Positions 8,395 to 17,837 are shown, numbered from the stretch's first letter. The stretch: DNA of 64,000 bases from Spirochaetia bacterium (GCA_965203055.1 OZ241863.1:928001-992000); one strand, 5' to 3'. Made by a program: numbers and translations. The notes: generated from the sequence alone by a model not told the origin.

Positions 8395-10401
8395 ATGGAG
8401 ACTGCGAAAATGATCAAGAAGCTGATCCCCGCCCTGATAGGGGGGGGGGCATTTCTCATCGGTACGTTGGTCTGGGCCAGCGGGACCACCGACGCCGCGG
8501 CCGGCGAAGACGCCGCGATGGCCGCGGGCGGCCAATACCGGGAAGCGCCGATGCTGGCGGCGATGGTGGCGGCCGGGGAGCTGCCGCCGGTGGATGAGCG
8601 GCTGCCCATCGAACCGAAGGTGCTGGTACCGCTGGAGGAAGTGGGTACCTACGGCGGCACGCTGAACGTGATCGGCACCGGCGCCCATCCCTGGGTGGAC
8701 GGCGGCGATTCGCCCGAGCGCAGCCAGTACCCGCTGCGGATGAACTTCGACGGCTCGATCGAGCCGGACCAGGTGAAGGGCTACGAGCTGGCGCCTGACA
8801 ACATGACCTTCACGATGTACCTGCGCGAAGGAATGAAGTGGTCCAACGGCGACGACTTCACCGCCGAGGACTTCCGCTTCAAGCACGAGATGGACCGCGA
8901 CGAGGGAATCAGCACCTGGGGCTATCCCGAACAGCTCGAGTCGATCACCGCGGTCGACGACTACACGGTGCGCTACGACTTCCGGGTGCCCTATCCGCGC
9001 GTGATCCTCAACATGCTGCACTGGCGCGGCAGCGACTGGCGCGCCTACGCGCCGAGCAAGTGGCTCAAGCAGTGGCACATCGAGTACAACCCGAATGCGG
9101 ATGCCAAGGCCAAGGAGGAGGGCTTCGACAACTGGGCCGCGGCGTTCAACGACCACTACACCTTCTGCTGCCCGGCGAAGGACATCACCAAGCCCACCGT
9201 GCACGCCTGGCAGTGGGAGGAGCAGACCACGACCGTGCGCATCTGGGAGCGCAACCCCTATCACTACGCGGTCGACACCGCCGGACAGCAGCTCCCCTAC
9301 ATCGACCGCATCGTCAGCGAGACCGTCAACTTGGCGACCTACAAGCTGAAGGTGATCGCCGGCGAGGCCGACTACGCGACCAGCATGGCGCTCACCGACT
9401 ATCCGCTGCTCAAGCAGAACGAGGAACAGGGCAACTTCACCGCCACTCTGGTGGAGGGCGTGCAGGGCGCGAACGTGGCGTACACCTTCGGCGTCGCCCA
9501 TCTCGACCCGGTGAAGCGCGAGCTGTTCAACAACGTGGAGTTCAACCGCGCCATGTCGCTGGCGATCGACCGCGACACCGTCAACGAGACGGTGTGGCTG
9601 GGACAGGCGGTGCCGCGCCAGGCGACGGCGCGCAACGACGTGCGCTTCTACAAGTCGGAGTGGGGCGAGGAGCATCCCTACGCGCGCTACGATCCGGACG
9701 AGGCCAACCGGATTCTCGACTCGATCGGCCTCGACAAGCGCAACGGCGCCGGCGTGCGGCTGATGGCCAACGGCGAGCCGCTGAACCTGGTGCTGACCTT
9801 CGGCTCTCCCGATGACGGCGGTACCGCGGGCAGCAATCCCGAAGTGCTTACCCACGAGCTGGTCAAGGAATACTGGGGGGCCGTCGGCGTCGACGTCCGG
9901 CTCAACCCGTTGGACGGCGACTCGATCCGCGCCGCCGAGACCGACGGCAGCATGGACATCCGCGCCACCAGCACCTCGGGCATCGAGTTCTACGACTTCG
10001 TCTCCGGCAACAGCAGCCTGATGGGCGCCGGCCACCGCGGCGCGGGCCGCTATTACGCCTACTGGTCGGCGGAGAACAACGCGCGCAGCGCCGGCGTCCA
10101 GAACACCGACGGCACCGACCTGCCCGGCGAGAAGCCGCCGCCAGACTTCCAGCGTCTCTACGACATGGCCCGCGTCGAGATGCAGTCGACGGTCTACGGC
10201 AGCCCCGAGTACATGGACGTGCGTACCCGAATCTACGATCTGCATGCGGAGAAGCTGTGGACCATCGGCGTGGTGGGGCAGGCTCCCGCGCCGATCGTGG
10301 TGCGCAACAACCTGGGCAACGTGCCGCGCGAACTGCCGGCTTCGGCGGAAGGTATGTTGAGCTTCAACTACTACTTGAACATGGTCTTCTTCAAGAACTG
10401 A
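8395..10401 (+). CDS. ABC transporter substrate-binding protein, family 5
   Basis: AAGGAG RBS; signal peptide; LPPVDERLP, LREGMKWSNGDDFTAED, GQQLPYID. Confidence 0.92.
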   Translation: METAKMIKKLIPALIGGGAFLIGTLVWASGTTDAAAGEDAAMAAGGQYREAPMLAAMVAAGELPPVDERLPIEPKVLVPLEEVGTYGGTLNVIGTGAHPWVDGGDSPERSQYPLRMNFDGSIEPDQVKGYELAPDNMTFTMYLREGMKWSNGDDFTAEDFRFKHEMDRDEGISTWGYPEQLESITAVDDYTVRYDFRVPYPRVILNMLHWRGSDWRAYAPSKWLKQWHIEYNPNADAKAKEEGFDNWAAAFNDHYTFCCPAKDITKPTVHAWQWEEQTTTVRIWERNPYHYAVDTAGQQLPYIDRIVSETVNLATYKLKVIAGEADYATSMALTDYPLLKQNEEQGNFTATLVEGVQGANVAYTFGVAHLDPVKRELFNNVEFNRAMSLAIDRDTVNETVWLGQAVPRQATARNDVRFYKSEWGEEHPYARYDPDEANRILDSIGLDKRNGAGVRLMANGEPLNLVLTFGSPDDGGTAGSNPEVLTHELVKEYWGAVGVDVRLNPLDGDSIRAAETDGSMDIRATSTSGIEFYDFVSGNSSLMGAGHRGAGRYYAYWSAENNARSAGVQNTDGTDLPGEKPPPDFQRLYDMARVEMQSTVYGSPEYMDVRTRIYDLHAEKLWTIGVVGQAPAPIVVRNNLGNVPRELPASAEGMLSFNYYLNMVFFKN

Positions 10402-10431
10402 CCGCCGCGAACGACGGTCTTCGGAAAACTG

Positions 10432-10460
10432 GCGCCCCGCTTCGGCGGGGCGCTTTTTTT
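10432..10460 (+). terminator. Rho-independent terminator
   Basis: GCGCCCCGC-TTCG-GCGGGGCGC followed by T7. Confidence 0.9.
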
Positions 10461-10592
10461 GGTCGGCGGATCGCGGTGCGGGCTGAGCGGCGGCGCGGAG
10501 GCGGCGTAAGGGCGGCCGGCGCCTCCCGCAGGAGGGCGCAGTCAGCGGGGGAGCTTGCCGGTAAACCCGGCCGCGCCGTAGACTCGCGGCAT

Positions 10593-12482
10593 ATGAGCAA
10601 GGCGACCCCGTCCCTGGAGATCCGCGCCAGCCTGGAGCGCGAGTATGACGACGTATACACCCCCGCGGTGGTGGACGCGCTGCACGCCCTGGCCGGCTTC
10701 AACGGGCGCCGCCGGCGGCTGATGCGCGAGCGCATCGAGCGGCGCGCCCGGCGGGCGCGGGCCGGGGAGCGGATCGGCTTCCTCGACCCGGGGGCCGCCC
10801 TGGCCGGGACCGGCCTCAGCGTGCAGGCGGCGCGCGCCGGCGCCTTTGCCGGCAGTGAGATTCCGCCCGACCTGCAGCGCCAGTGGATTCAGGGCACGGG
10901 GCCGGGCGCCAAGCCCAACGCGCCGGTGCCCCGCAGCATCCGCAACGTCGCCTATGCCCTGCTGTCCGGCGCCGACGGCTGGATGTTCGACGGCGAGGAC
11001 GCGCTGGGGCAGATCACCACCATGTCGCTGGACAATCAGCGCAACCTGCGCCTAGCCTTCGCCCATGACCCGGTGTTTCTGCAGGCCGCTGAGGGGGTGG
11101 CCGCGGCGATGAACGCCTGGGGCGAGAGCTTCTTCGGGCGCGCCATCGTGCCCGACTGGAAGCGGCAGTTGGGGTTTACCACCAGGATCTTCCGCGCCCG
11201 CGGGTTGCACCTCGACGACCGCCACGTGCGCGAGACCGGCGGCACCGGGTTCTCGGCCTCGATCGTGGACACGGTCATGTACCTCGTGCACAACCAGCGG
11301 CGCCTGCGCGACGCCGGCTCCTCCCTGGTGCTCTACCTGCCGAAGATTCAGACCGCCGAGGAGGCGGCGTTGTGGAACGACCTGCTCGACGCGCTGGAGG
11401 GCCACCTGGGATTGAGCGCCGGCGCGATCAAGGCCTACGTGCTGGTGGAGCAGTTGGAGGCGGCGTTCCAGCTCATGGAAATCCGCGCCGCCCTCGGCCG
11501 CCACTTCGTCGGCTACAACACCGGCCGCTGGGACTACATCAACAGCGTGGCCGACGCCATGGCCTGGGACGCCGACTTCATCAACCCCAACATCGACGCC
11601 ATCCTCATGACCTACGGCTACATGCGCAACTACGAAGACCGCGTGCGGCGCGCCGTCAACACGCCGGACGCGAACGGCAACTGCGCCCTGTGGCAGGGCG
11701 GCATGGAGCCCAACATCCCGGTGGGCTCGGCCGCGGGCGTGGCGGCGTCGATGCGCAAGGCGGTGGCCGGCGGCGAGCGCGAGCAGCAGGCCGGCGCCAG
11801 CGGCAAGTGGGTGGCGCACTGGAAGATGGTGCGCATCGTGCGCCCGGTATGGGAACGGGCCGGCGCCGCCAACCAGCTCGGCCGCGAGTTCCCGCCGCTG
11901 ACCTACACCGCGGCGGACGCGGCGGGGCTGATCGAGCTGGAGGAGGCGCCGCGCACCGTGCGCGGGGCGCGGGACCTGCTGAGCGTGGCGCTGCAGTACG
12001 GCAACGCCTTCGGCCAGGGGATGCAGGCCGCGGCGCTGAAGCCGGCGGATTCGTTCGGCGATGACAACGTGCTCTACCTGATGGAAGACATGGCGACCGG
12101 CGAGATCCGCCTCAGCATCCTGTGGGAGTGGCTGCACAAGGGCGCCGCGCTCACCGAGGACGACCCGGAGACCGGCCTCCGCGCCGGTACGCGGTTCAAC
12201 TCCGAGCTCGTCGAGCGGCTGCTGGCCGAGGAGTACGCGAAGCTGCAGGCCGCGCGGAACCGCGACGTGCACGACGACTCCAAGCGCACCACGCTGCCGA
12301 TCGCGCGGGCGATCGCGGAGGTCTACGTGCGGGATGAGACCAAGCCGCCCTGGTACATCGATCTGCTCAACGTCAACCTCGACAACCACGACCTGACAGA
12401 GGCGCAGCGGCGCATCGACAGCTACGTGGACGCCTTTCGCCGCGACGGCACCCGCATCACCGAGAATCAGGACTTCGCATGA
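10593..12482 (+). CDS. Malate synthase
   Basis: MFDGED, LYLPK, YNTGRWDYINS, GGM, WVAH, LMEDMATGEI motifs. Confidence 0.88.
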   Translation: MSKATPSLEIRASLEREYDDVYTPAVVDALHALAGFNGRRRRLMRERIERRARRARAGERIGFLDPGAALAGTGLSVQAARAGAFAGSEIPPDLQRQWIQGTGPGAKPNAPVPRSIRNVAYALLSGADGWMFDGEDALGQITTMSLDNQRNLRLAFAHDPVFLQAAEGVAAAMNAWGESFFGRAIVPDWKRQLGFTTRIFRARGLHLDDRHVRETGGTGFSASIVDTVMYLVHNQRRLRDAGSSLVLYLPKIQTAEEAALWNDLLDALEGHLGLSAGAIKAYVLVEQLEAAFQLMEIRAALGRHFVGYNTGRWDYINSVADAMAWDADFINPNIDAILMTYGYMRNYEDRVRRAVNTPDANGNCALWQGGMEPNIPVGSAAGVAASMRKAVAGGEREQQAGASGKWVAHWKMVRIVRPVWERAGAANQLGREFPPLTYTAADAAGLIELEEAPRTVRGARDLLSVALQYGNAFGQGMQAAALKPADSFGDDNVLYLMEDMATGEIRLSILWEWLHKGAALTEDDPETGLRAGTRFNSELVERLLAEEYAKLQAARNRDVHDDSKRTTLPIARAIAEVYVRDETKPPWYIDLLNVNLDNHDLTEAQRRIDSYVDAFRRDGTRITENQDFA

Positions 12483-12928
12483 TCTACGGCGCGCTGGCCG
12501 ACGGCGTCCTCGTCTTCCACCTGGCGTTCATCGTGTTCGTCGTGCTGGGCGCCCTGCTGGTACTGCGCTGGCCGTGGGTGGCGTTGCTGCACGTGCCGTC
12601 GTTCCTGTGGGGAGCGCTGATGGAGTTCGCCGGCTGGATCTGCCCGCTCACCCCGCTGGAGTTGCACCTGCGGGCGCTGGCCGGCGCGTCCGGCTACGAG
12701 GTGCGCTTCCTCGAACACTACCTGCTGCGGCTGATCTACCCCGGCAGCCTGACACGCGGCATGCAGATCGCCATCGGCGCCGGCGTGCTGGCCGTGAACG
12801 GCCTCCTCTACGCCCGCGTGCTGCTCCGGGTCCTGGCGCTCAAGCGCATGGAATCCGCCGAATCCGGGCGCGCTTCCGTGCCTGAGGCGCGGCAGATCGG
12901 CAACGACCGGCGCGCCCGACCGGCATGA
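12479..12928 (+). CDS. DUF2784-like membrane protein
   Basis: HLAFIVFVVLG, WICPLTPLE, FLEHYL..LIYP motifs. Confidence 0.82.
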   Translation: MIYGALADGVLVFHLAFIVFVVLGALLVLRWPWVALLHVPSFLWGALMEFAGWICPLTPLELHLRALAGASGYEVRFLEHYLLRLIYPGSLTRGMQIAIGAGVLAVNGLLYARVLLRVLALKRMESAESGRASVPEARQIGNDRRARPA

Positions 12929-14406
12929 GTTCCCCGTCGGCCGCCGGCCCGGACGGCAACTACCGCATCGAGGTCGCCAACTTCGGACCAATCGGTCACG
13001 CCCGCGTCGACCTGCGGCCGCTCACGGTATTCGCCGGTCCGAGCAACACCGGCAAGTCCTACCTGGCGACGCTGGTGTACGCCCTGCATCGGTGCTTCGA
13101 CCCAATTAACCACGACGGCACGATCCAAAGGCTCAAATCGCTACCGGATCACAACGCCATCGCCAAGCGTGTGGAGGACTGGTGGTCCAACGGGACCGAG
13201 CGGGAACCGGCGCCGCTGCCGGACGACTTGGCGGCGGAGCTTCGCGCCGCGTTGGAGCAGACTGCCGGAGCCGAGCGCCATCTGGAGCAGGAAGTGCGCC
13301 GCTGCTTCGGCATTGATACGCTCGCCGAGCTGGTAAGCCAGGAAATTCCCGAAGCCGGAGCCGCGATTGAGCTGTGTGTACCGCAAGCACATGGTGGGGA
13401 GCCGTTCCGCTACCTTGTCGAGTTCGGACCGGAGCAGATAACGGCTTCGGGAAAGGTTTCTTCACTGCCCGAGCTATCAAGTACAATGGTTGAGGTTCAG
13501 AAATCCATTCCGGATTGGGTTGATACCGAACGATGGCCACTACTCCTGCACGAGGTCTTGGACGTCATGTTCAATTTGCTGACTGGCCCTCTGACCCCGC
13601 TAGCATACTACCTGCCGGCCGACCGCACCGGCGTGATGCACAGTCATCAGGTATTGGTCAGCACCCTGATCCAGAGCGCGACTACGGCAGGGGTGCGTCC
13701 GTCCACCAACGTTCCGCTGCTGTCGGGAGTGGTGGCTGACTTCCTGGAAGGCTTGATCGGAATGAGCCGAATGAAGAGGCCGGCGCGCGCGATGTCCGAG
13801 GTCGTGGAGCAGAATCTGCTTGCCGGCGCAATCCGGCTGCGGCACTCGGAGACGGGGTATCCTTCGTTCGCCTATCGACCGGCCAACTGGGACGCCGATC
13901 TGCCGCTGATGCGTACTTCTTCGATGGTGTCGGAACTCGCTCCCGTGGTCCTCTATCTGCGGTACCTCGTTCGGCCGGGCGACCTGCTGATCATCGAAGA
14001 GCCGGAGTCGCACCTGCATCCAGCGATGCAGGCGAGGTTCGCCCGCGAGCTGGCGCGTCTGGTCCGGTTCGGGGTCCGCATCATGTTGACCACGCACAGC
14101 GAATGGATGCTGGAAGCGCTGGCCAATCTGGTGCGCCTGTCGGACCTCCCGGAGCCGCAGCGCGAGGGAATACCGGGCGCGGACGTCGCACTCACTCCGG
14201 GCCAAGTGGGCGCGTGGTTGTTCAAGCCGAGTACCGGCGCCGCTGGCACCGTGGTCGAGGAGATCCCGCTAGACGTCGAGGTTGGAACCTATCCGGCCGG
14301 GTTCGACGAGGTTACCGAGTCGTTGTACAACGAATGGGTCGGAATCTCCAACCGCATCGAAGCCGCGCGAGCGGACCGGCGCGGCCGGCGCCGCGCTGCG
14401 TCTTAG
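12925..14406 (+). CDS. ABC-type ATPase of the AAA_15/AAA_21 (AbiEii/OLD-like) group
   Basis: NFGPI, GPSNTGKS, LPADRTG, SSMVSEL, IEEPESHLHP, TTHS. Confidence 0.85.
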   Translation: MSSPSAAGPDGNYRIEVANFGPIGHARVDLRPLTVFAGPSNTGKSYLATLVYALHRCFDPINHDGTIQRLKSLPDHNAIAKRVEDWWSNGTEREPAPLPDDLAAELRAALEQTAGAERHLEQEVRRCFGIDTLAELVSQEIPEAGAAIELCVPQAHGGEPFRYLVEFGPEQITASGKVSSLPELSSTMVEVQKSIPDWVDTERWPLLLHEVLDVMFNLLTGPLTPLAYYLPADRTGVMHSHQVLVSTLIQSATTAGVRPSTNVPLLSGVVADFLEGLIGMSRMKRPARAMSEVVEQNLLAGAIRLRHSETGYPSFAYRPANWDADLPLMRTSSMVSELAPVVLYLRYLVRPGDLLIIEEPESHLHPAMQARFARELARLVRFGVRIMLTTHSEWMLEALANLVRLSDLPEPQREGIPGADVALTPGQVGAWLFKPSTGAAGTVVEEIPLDVEVGTYPAGFDEVTESLYNEWVGISNRIEAARADRRGRRRAAS

Positions 14407-14468
14407 CTTAGCTGGCGGCAGGTGGACGGTGCCGGCCATTGGTGCAGGCAGAGAACAGGAGGTGCTGC

Positions 14469-15518
14469 GTGCCGTTGGAGTTGATTGCCACCGCGCCGCG
14501 AACGCCGGAGTTGCGTTCCTACGACGAACCGCCGCTGGAGACCGACGAGGTGCGCCTGCGCAGTACCTTTTCCACGGTCAAGCACGGCACCCAGCTCCGG
14601 GCGTACCGCGCCGACACCCGAGACGCGTCTGAGCCGTTCGATCCCGAGCTGCGCCTGCACCTGCGTGGCGGCGACCCGCCGCCGCAGGGCTGGCGGCCGC
14701 AGTTCCCGTTGGCCCTGGGCACGGCGACCGTGGGCGAGGTAATCGCCGTCGGCAGCGCGGTCGACACCTTCGCGGTCGGGGACGTGGTCTACGGAGACCT
14801 GCCGATTCGCGAGACCCACACCGTGCCGGCTGCCCGGCTGCGGCCGGTGCCGGCGGGGATGGACCCTCACGCGGTGGTGTGCGCGGACCCGGCCTGCGTC
14901 GCCCTGTCGGGGGTGCGCGACTCGGCGCTGGGGGTAGGGGACCGGGTGTTGGTGACCGGTCTCGGCGCCATCGGTCAGATGACGGTGCAGTTGGCGCGGC
15001 TGCAGGGCGCCGCCTGGGTAGCCGGCGCCGACCCCATCGCCCGCCGCCGCGCGCTGGCCGGCCGCCGCGGCGCCGACCTGGTGATCGACCCGGCCTCCCA
15101 GGACACCGGCCTGGTGGTAAAGAACGCGACCGATCGGGTGGGCGCCGACGCCGTGATCGAAACCAGCGGCAGCTATGCCGGCCTCAACGATGCCCTGCGC
15201 GCCGCCGCCTACGGCGCGACGGTGGTGTCGGTGGCCTACTACCCTGGGGATGGCCGCGGCCTCAGTCTGGAGGGCGAGTGGCACCGCAACCGCATCAATC
15301 TGCTCTCCAGTCGCGACGTCAGCGCGCCCCACCGCCTGAGCCCGCGGTGGGATGCCGGCCGGCTCTTTGCCGCCGCCTTCGCCTTGCTGGAGCGCGGACG
15401 CCTGCGGGTGGACGGGCTGCTCGATCCGGTGGTGCCGTTCGCGGACAGCGCCGCCGCTTACCGCCAAATCGACGCCGACCCGGCGTCCAGTATCAAGTTG
15501 GGCGTCACCTACCAGTAG
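14469..15518 (+). CDS. MDR-family (zinc-type) alcohol dehydrogenase-like oxidoreductase
   Basis: AGGAGG RBS; GroES-like N-terminus; VTGLGAIG Rossmann motif. Confidence 0.85.
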   Translation: MPLELIATAPRTPELRSYDEPPLETDEVRLRSTFSTVKHGTQLRAYRADTRDASEPFDPELRLHLRGGDPPPQGWRPQFPLALGTATVGEVIAVGSAVDTFAVGDVVYGDLPIRETHTVPAARLRPVPAGMDPHAVVCADPACVALSGVRDSALGVGDRVLVTGLGAIGQMTVQLARLQGAAWVAGADPIARRRALAGRRGADLVIDPASQDTGLVVKNATDRVGADAVIETSGSYAGLNDALRAAAYGATVVSVAYYPGDGRGLSLEGEWHRNRINLLSSRDVSAPHRLSPRWDAGRLFAAAFALLERGRLRVDGLLDPVVPFADSAAAYRQIDADPASSIKLGVTYQ

Positions 15519-15724
15519 ATGCGCTGAGCCCCCTGGGGTACGGCAGGCTTCCTGATCCAGGCCGGACAGCGGCAGCCGCGAGCGGGGTGAGTAAGGACAC
15601 CCCAAGCGGGTAACCGGCGCCGGCGTCCGCCGGCGGCGTTCGTCACCCGGGCGAGCGGGATGGGCATTTCCAAAAATGTAGGTAAGCGTCAGGCCGCTTG
15701 GCGGCCAAGCTCAAGTCCCAGTGA

Positions 15725-17074
15725 TCACCGGTCTACCGGCGCCTGCCGATCGTCGCCGGGGCGCCCGAATCCGGCGCCGACGTGGCGGTAGCGGTGATGG
15801 GCGGCGCACAGCAGGCGGAGATTGTTCGGCTCGGCGGCGGCGCCGCAGGCATACGGCACCACGTGATCGATCTGCAGCAGGTGTTGGGAGCCGCAGCGGC
15901 GCCCGCTGGTGCGGTCCACGTAGCGGCAGCGGCCCCGGTCGCGCCGCCAGATCTCGCGCTTGACCGCCGCCGGGATGGCGCGGCCGGTCAAGCCCGGCTT
16001 CGCTGCCGAAATCCGGGTCTGCGGCGGCGCAGCCGGCTGCGCGCACGCCGCAGCCGGCCGGTCGAGGCGCCGCGTCTTCGGCGCCGAAGTGGTGTCGCCC
16101 GCCGGCTTCGCTGCCGAAGTGTCCGGTCGGTCAGCGGCTTCCTCTCCCGGCTGAGCCGGCGCCTGAGCCGATACCTTCGCCGCCGAAGGATCGGCGCGGT
16201 CCGCGCTGGCGTCCTGCTTCGCTGCCGAGGCAGCGCCGCGAGCCGAGGCCGCCTGCGTCTTCGGCGCCGAAGTTTGCTCGGCGCCTTTGGCCGGCGCGGC
16301 GCGCCGCCCGCGCGGCGGCCGGGCCGGGTCGTGACGGTCGAGCCCTTCCCGCACCAGCCGCCCCATGAGCTGCCCCATCGTCAGGTGCGGGTCAACGTGG
16401 GACAGGAGGCCCTGGAGCCGCTCCAAGCCGCGCCGGCACTCATCGTCGATCACCGCCTTGAGTTCGCAGCGCCCGCCGCCCAGGGGCCGCACCCGATCCG
16501 CCGGCGCCGCCAGCTCCGGGTCCACCTCGGCCAGCAACTGCATCACCTCCCGGCTGCTCTTGCCGGACGCCTGCTCCACCAGCTCCCGCCGCGCCTCCGA
16601 GTCCAGCACCGGCGCCGGCTTCCGCTCCGCGGACCGCGGCGGCGCCGAACCCTCCTGCGACTGAGCGGCAGCCCCGAACCCGGCCCCGCGCGGCGCGCTA
16701 CGCGCCGCGCGTTCCTTCTTGCGCTCCTGCCGGTCGAAGGCGTTCTGCAACTGCGCCGCCGCGTTCAGCGTCATCGCGCCATTCTGCAGGCGCTCGCGCA
16801 CGCCGTCGACGTCGGCACAGAGCCGCATCGCCTTGATGCGCCGCCACGCTGCGGCGTCGCTGTAACCCAGCTCGCGCACCGCGTAATCGAACAGGCTCGA
16901 GAACCCGCGGCGCAGATACAGGCGGCGCTTCTGAATCTCGCGCAGGTGGTCGATGACGACCACTTCGAGATGGTGTTCGATGCCGGAAAGTTCCTTGGTC
17001 CGCTCCAGCAGACGGTCGTCTGAGAGGGCGGAAACGGTAGTGGTGACGGCCCCGTTGGAAGCATGATTGTTCAT
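15725..17074 (-). CDS. HNH endonuclease with a long N-terminal domain and low-complexity linker
   Basis: RDRGRCRY..RRCGS..QIDHVVP..NNLRLLCAAHH; ATG 6 nt downstream of the -10 box. Confidence 0.88.
   Translation of the reverse strand: MNNHASNGAVTTTVSALSDDRLLERTKELSGIEHHLEVVVIDHLREIQKRRLYLRRGFSSLFDYAVRELGYSDAAAWRRIKAMRLCADVDGVRERLQNGAMTLNAAAQLQNAFDRQERKKERAARSAPRGAGFGAAAQSQEGSAPPRSAERKPAPVLDSEARRELVEQASGKSSREVMQLLAEVDPELAAPADRVRPLGGGRCELKAVIDDECRRGLERLQGLLSHVDPHLTMGQLMGRLVREGLDRHDPARPPRGRRAAPAKGAEQTSAPKTQAASARGAASAAKQDASADRADPSAAKVSAQAPAQPGEEAADRPDTSAAKPAGDTTSAPKTRRLDRPAAACAQPAAPPQTRISAAKPGLTGRAIPAAVKREIWRRDRGRCRYVDRTSGRRCGSQHLLQIDHVVPYACGAAAEPNNLRLLCAAHHRYRHVGAGFGRPGDDRQAPVDR
15998..16272. 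repeat. Six in-frame 14-bp quasi-palindromes CTTCG-N4-CGA(A/G)(G/A)
   Basis: Starts at 15998, 16076, 16106, 16175, 16217, 16259; they encode SAPK/SAAK motifs. Confidence 0.85.
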
Positions 17075-17080
17075 GACATA

Positions 17081-17109
17081 AGTATAATCATGGAACGTAT
17101 TTGAGTCAA
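17081..17109 (-). promoter_or_regulatory. Sigma70 promoter of the HNH gene (probably leaderless)
   Basis: TTGACT-17 bp-TATACT-6 nt-ATG; both boxes are conserved in copy 2. Confidence 0.8.
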
Positions 17110-17244
17110 GTTTTTTCGTCCGGTACGATGCCACCTGCGGGCGTGACTCGGCGGCACATTTCCAAGCGGCTGGGCGTTCCGTCAGATGCTACTGCCGAGA
17201 ATGTCGCCGGCGTCGACAGGGCGCGATTTGCCGGGTCTGCCGGG

Positions 17245-17358
17245 TACCGAGGGGCCGGCTTCGGCGCCGGCGCGGGCGGCGCTGAGGGCGAGCAGGCGGG
17301 CGAGCACTTCGTCGCGGACTTCGTCGGGCCAACGCCAACGGTAGGGTTTCTTACGGCC
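17245..17358 (-). pseudogene. Remnant of the Eco57I-like methyltransferase C-terminus, part B
   Basis: Translates GRKKPYRWRWPDEVRDEVLARLLALSA, matching ~56164-56250. Confidence 0.85.
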
Positions 17359-17487
17359 ACTGGCAGATGATCAGCGACCACTCGGCCTGGCGCCCGGCCC
17401 CTGGCCGCCAGCCGCCGAGATCATCGGCGAAGTGCGCTGGATGGCCCGCGTACTCTAGTTCAAGCGGGAGGACGGCTGCTTTCGTCC

Positions 17488-17742
17488 TTATTTCATCGAC
17501 CGGCCGGGGCCCTCCGCTATGGAGCGGTCGACCGGATTGTCCCAGTCCGGGTGGCCGTCATCCTTGATCGGATAGTACTTGCCTCCGGTGTAGGCGAGCT
17601 CAGTACCATCCGGCAGAACCGCTACCATGTCATACGATGGCCGCCTCGGAGGCCCGGCCGCGGCGGCTGCTATCGCTTCTGCGACGGTGGCCCGTCGGAT
17701 CGGACGTCCGGACATGTCGGTCGCGAGGTTCTGCTCAGCCAT
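17488..17742 (-). CDS. Hypothetical 84-aa protein
   Basis: GAGGAG RBS 5 nt upstream of the ATG; lower-GC segment lying between the two methyltransferase remnants. Confidence 0.55.
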   Translation of the reverse strand: MAEQNLATDMSGRPIRRATVAEAIAAAAAGPPRRPSYDMVAVLPDGTELAYTGGKYYPIKDDGHPDWDNPVDRSIAEGPGRSMK

Positions 17743-17837
17743 CCCAACTCCTCGAACAAGACATCGAACGCTTCCACTATAGGCAGAAACTCCTCGTACG
17801 GCCAGTGCTCGAGATGTGTCCTCGGGTCACCGTCGGT

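Noticed and set aside
15519..15660. Structured ncRNA in the hairpin-rich intergenic segment left of element copy 1
   Set aside because: GC-rich hairpins are expected by chance, no family is recognised, and the segment is not shared with copy 2.
15998..16272. CRISPR array interpretation of the palindromic repeats
   Set aside because: Repeats are only 14 bp, spacers range 16-64 bp, all periods keep the reading frame, and no cas genes or leader are present. Kept as a separate non-CRISPR finding.
15725..17074. IscB/Cas9-like or TnpB RNA-guided nuclease
   Set aside because: No PLMP or split RuvC motifs are recognisable; there is only a C-terminal HNH domain, and the element has TIRs rather than IS200/605 ends.
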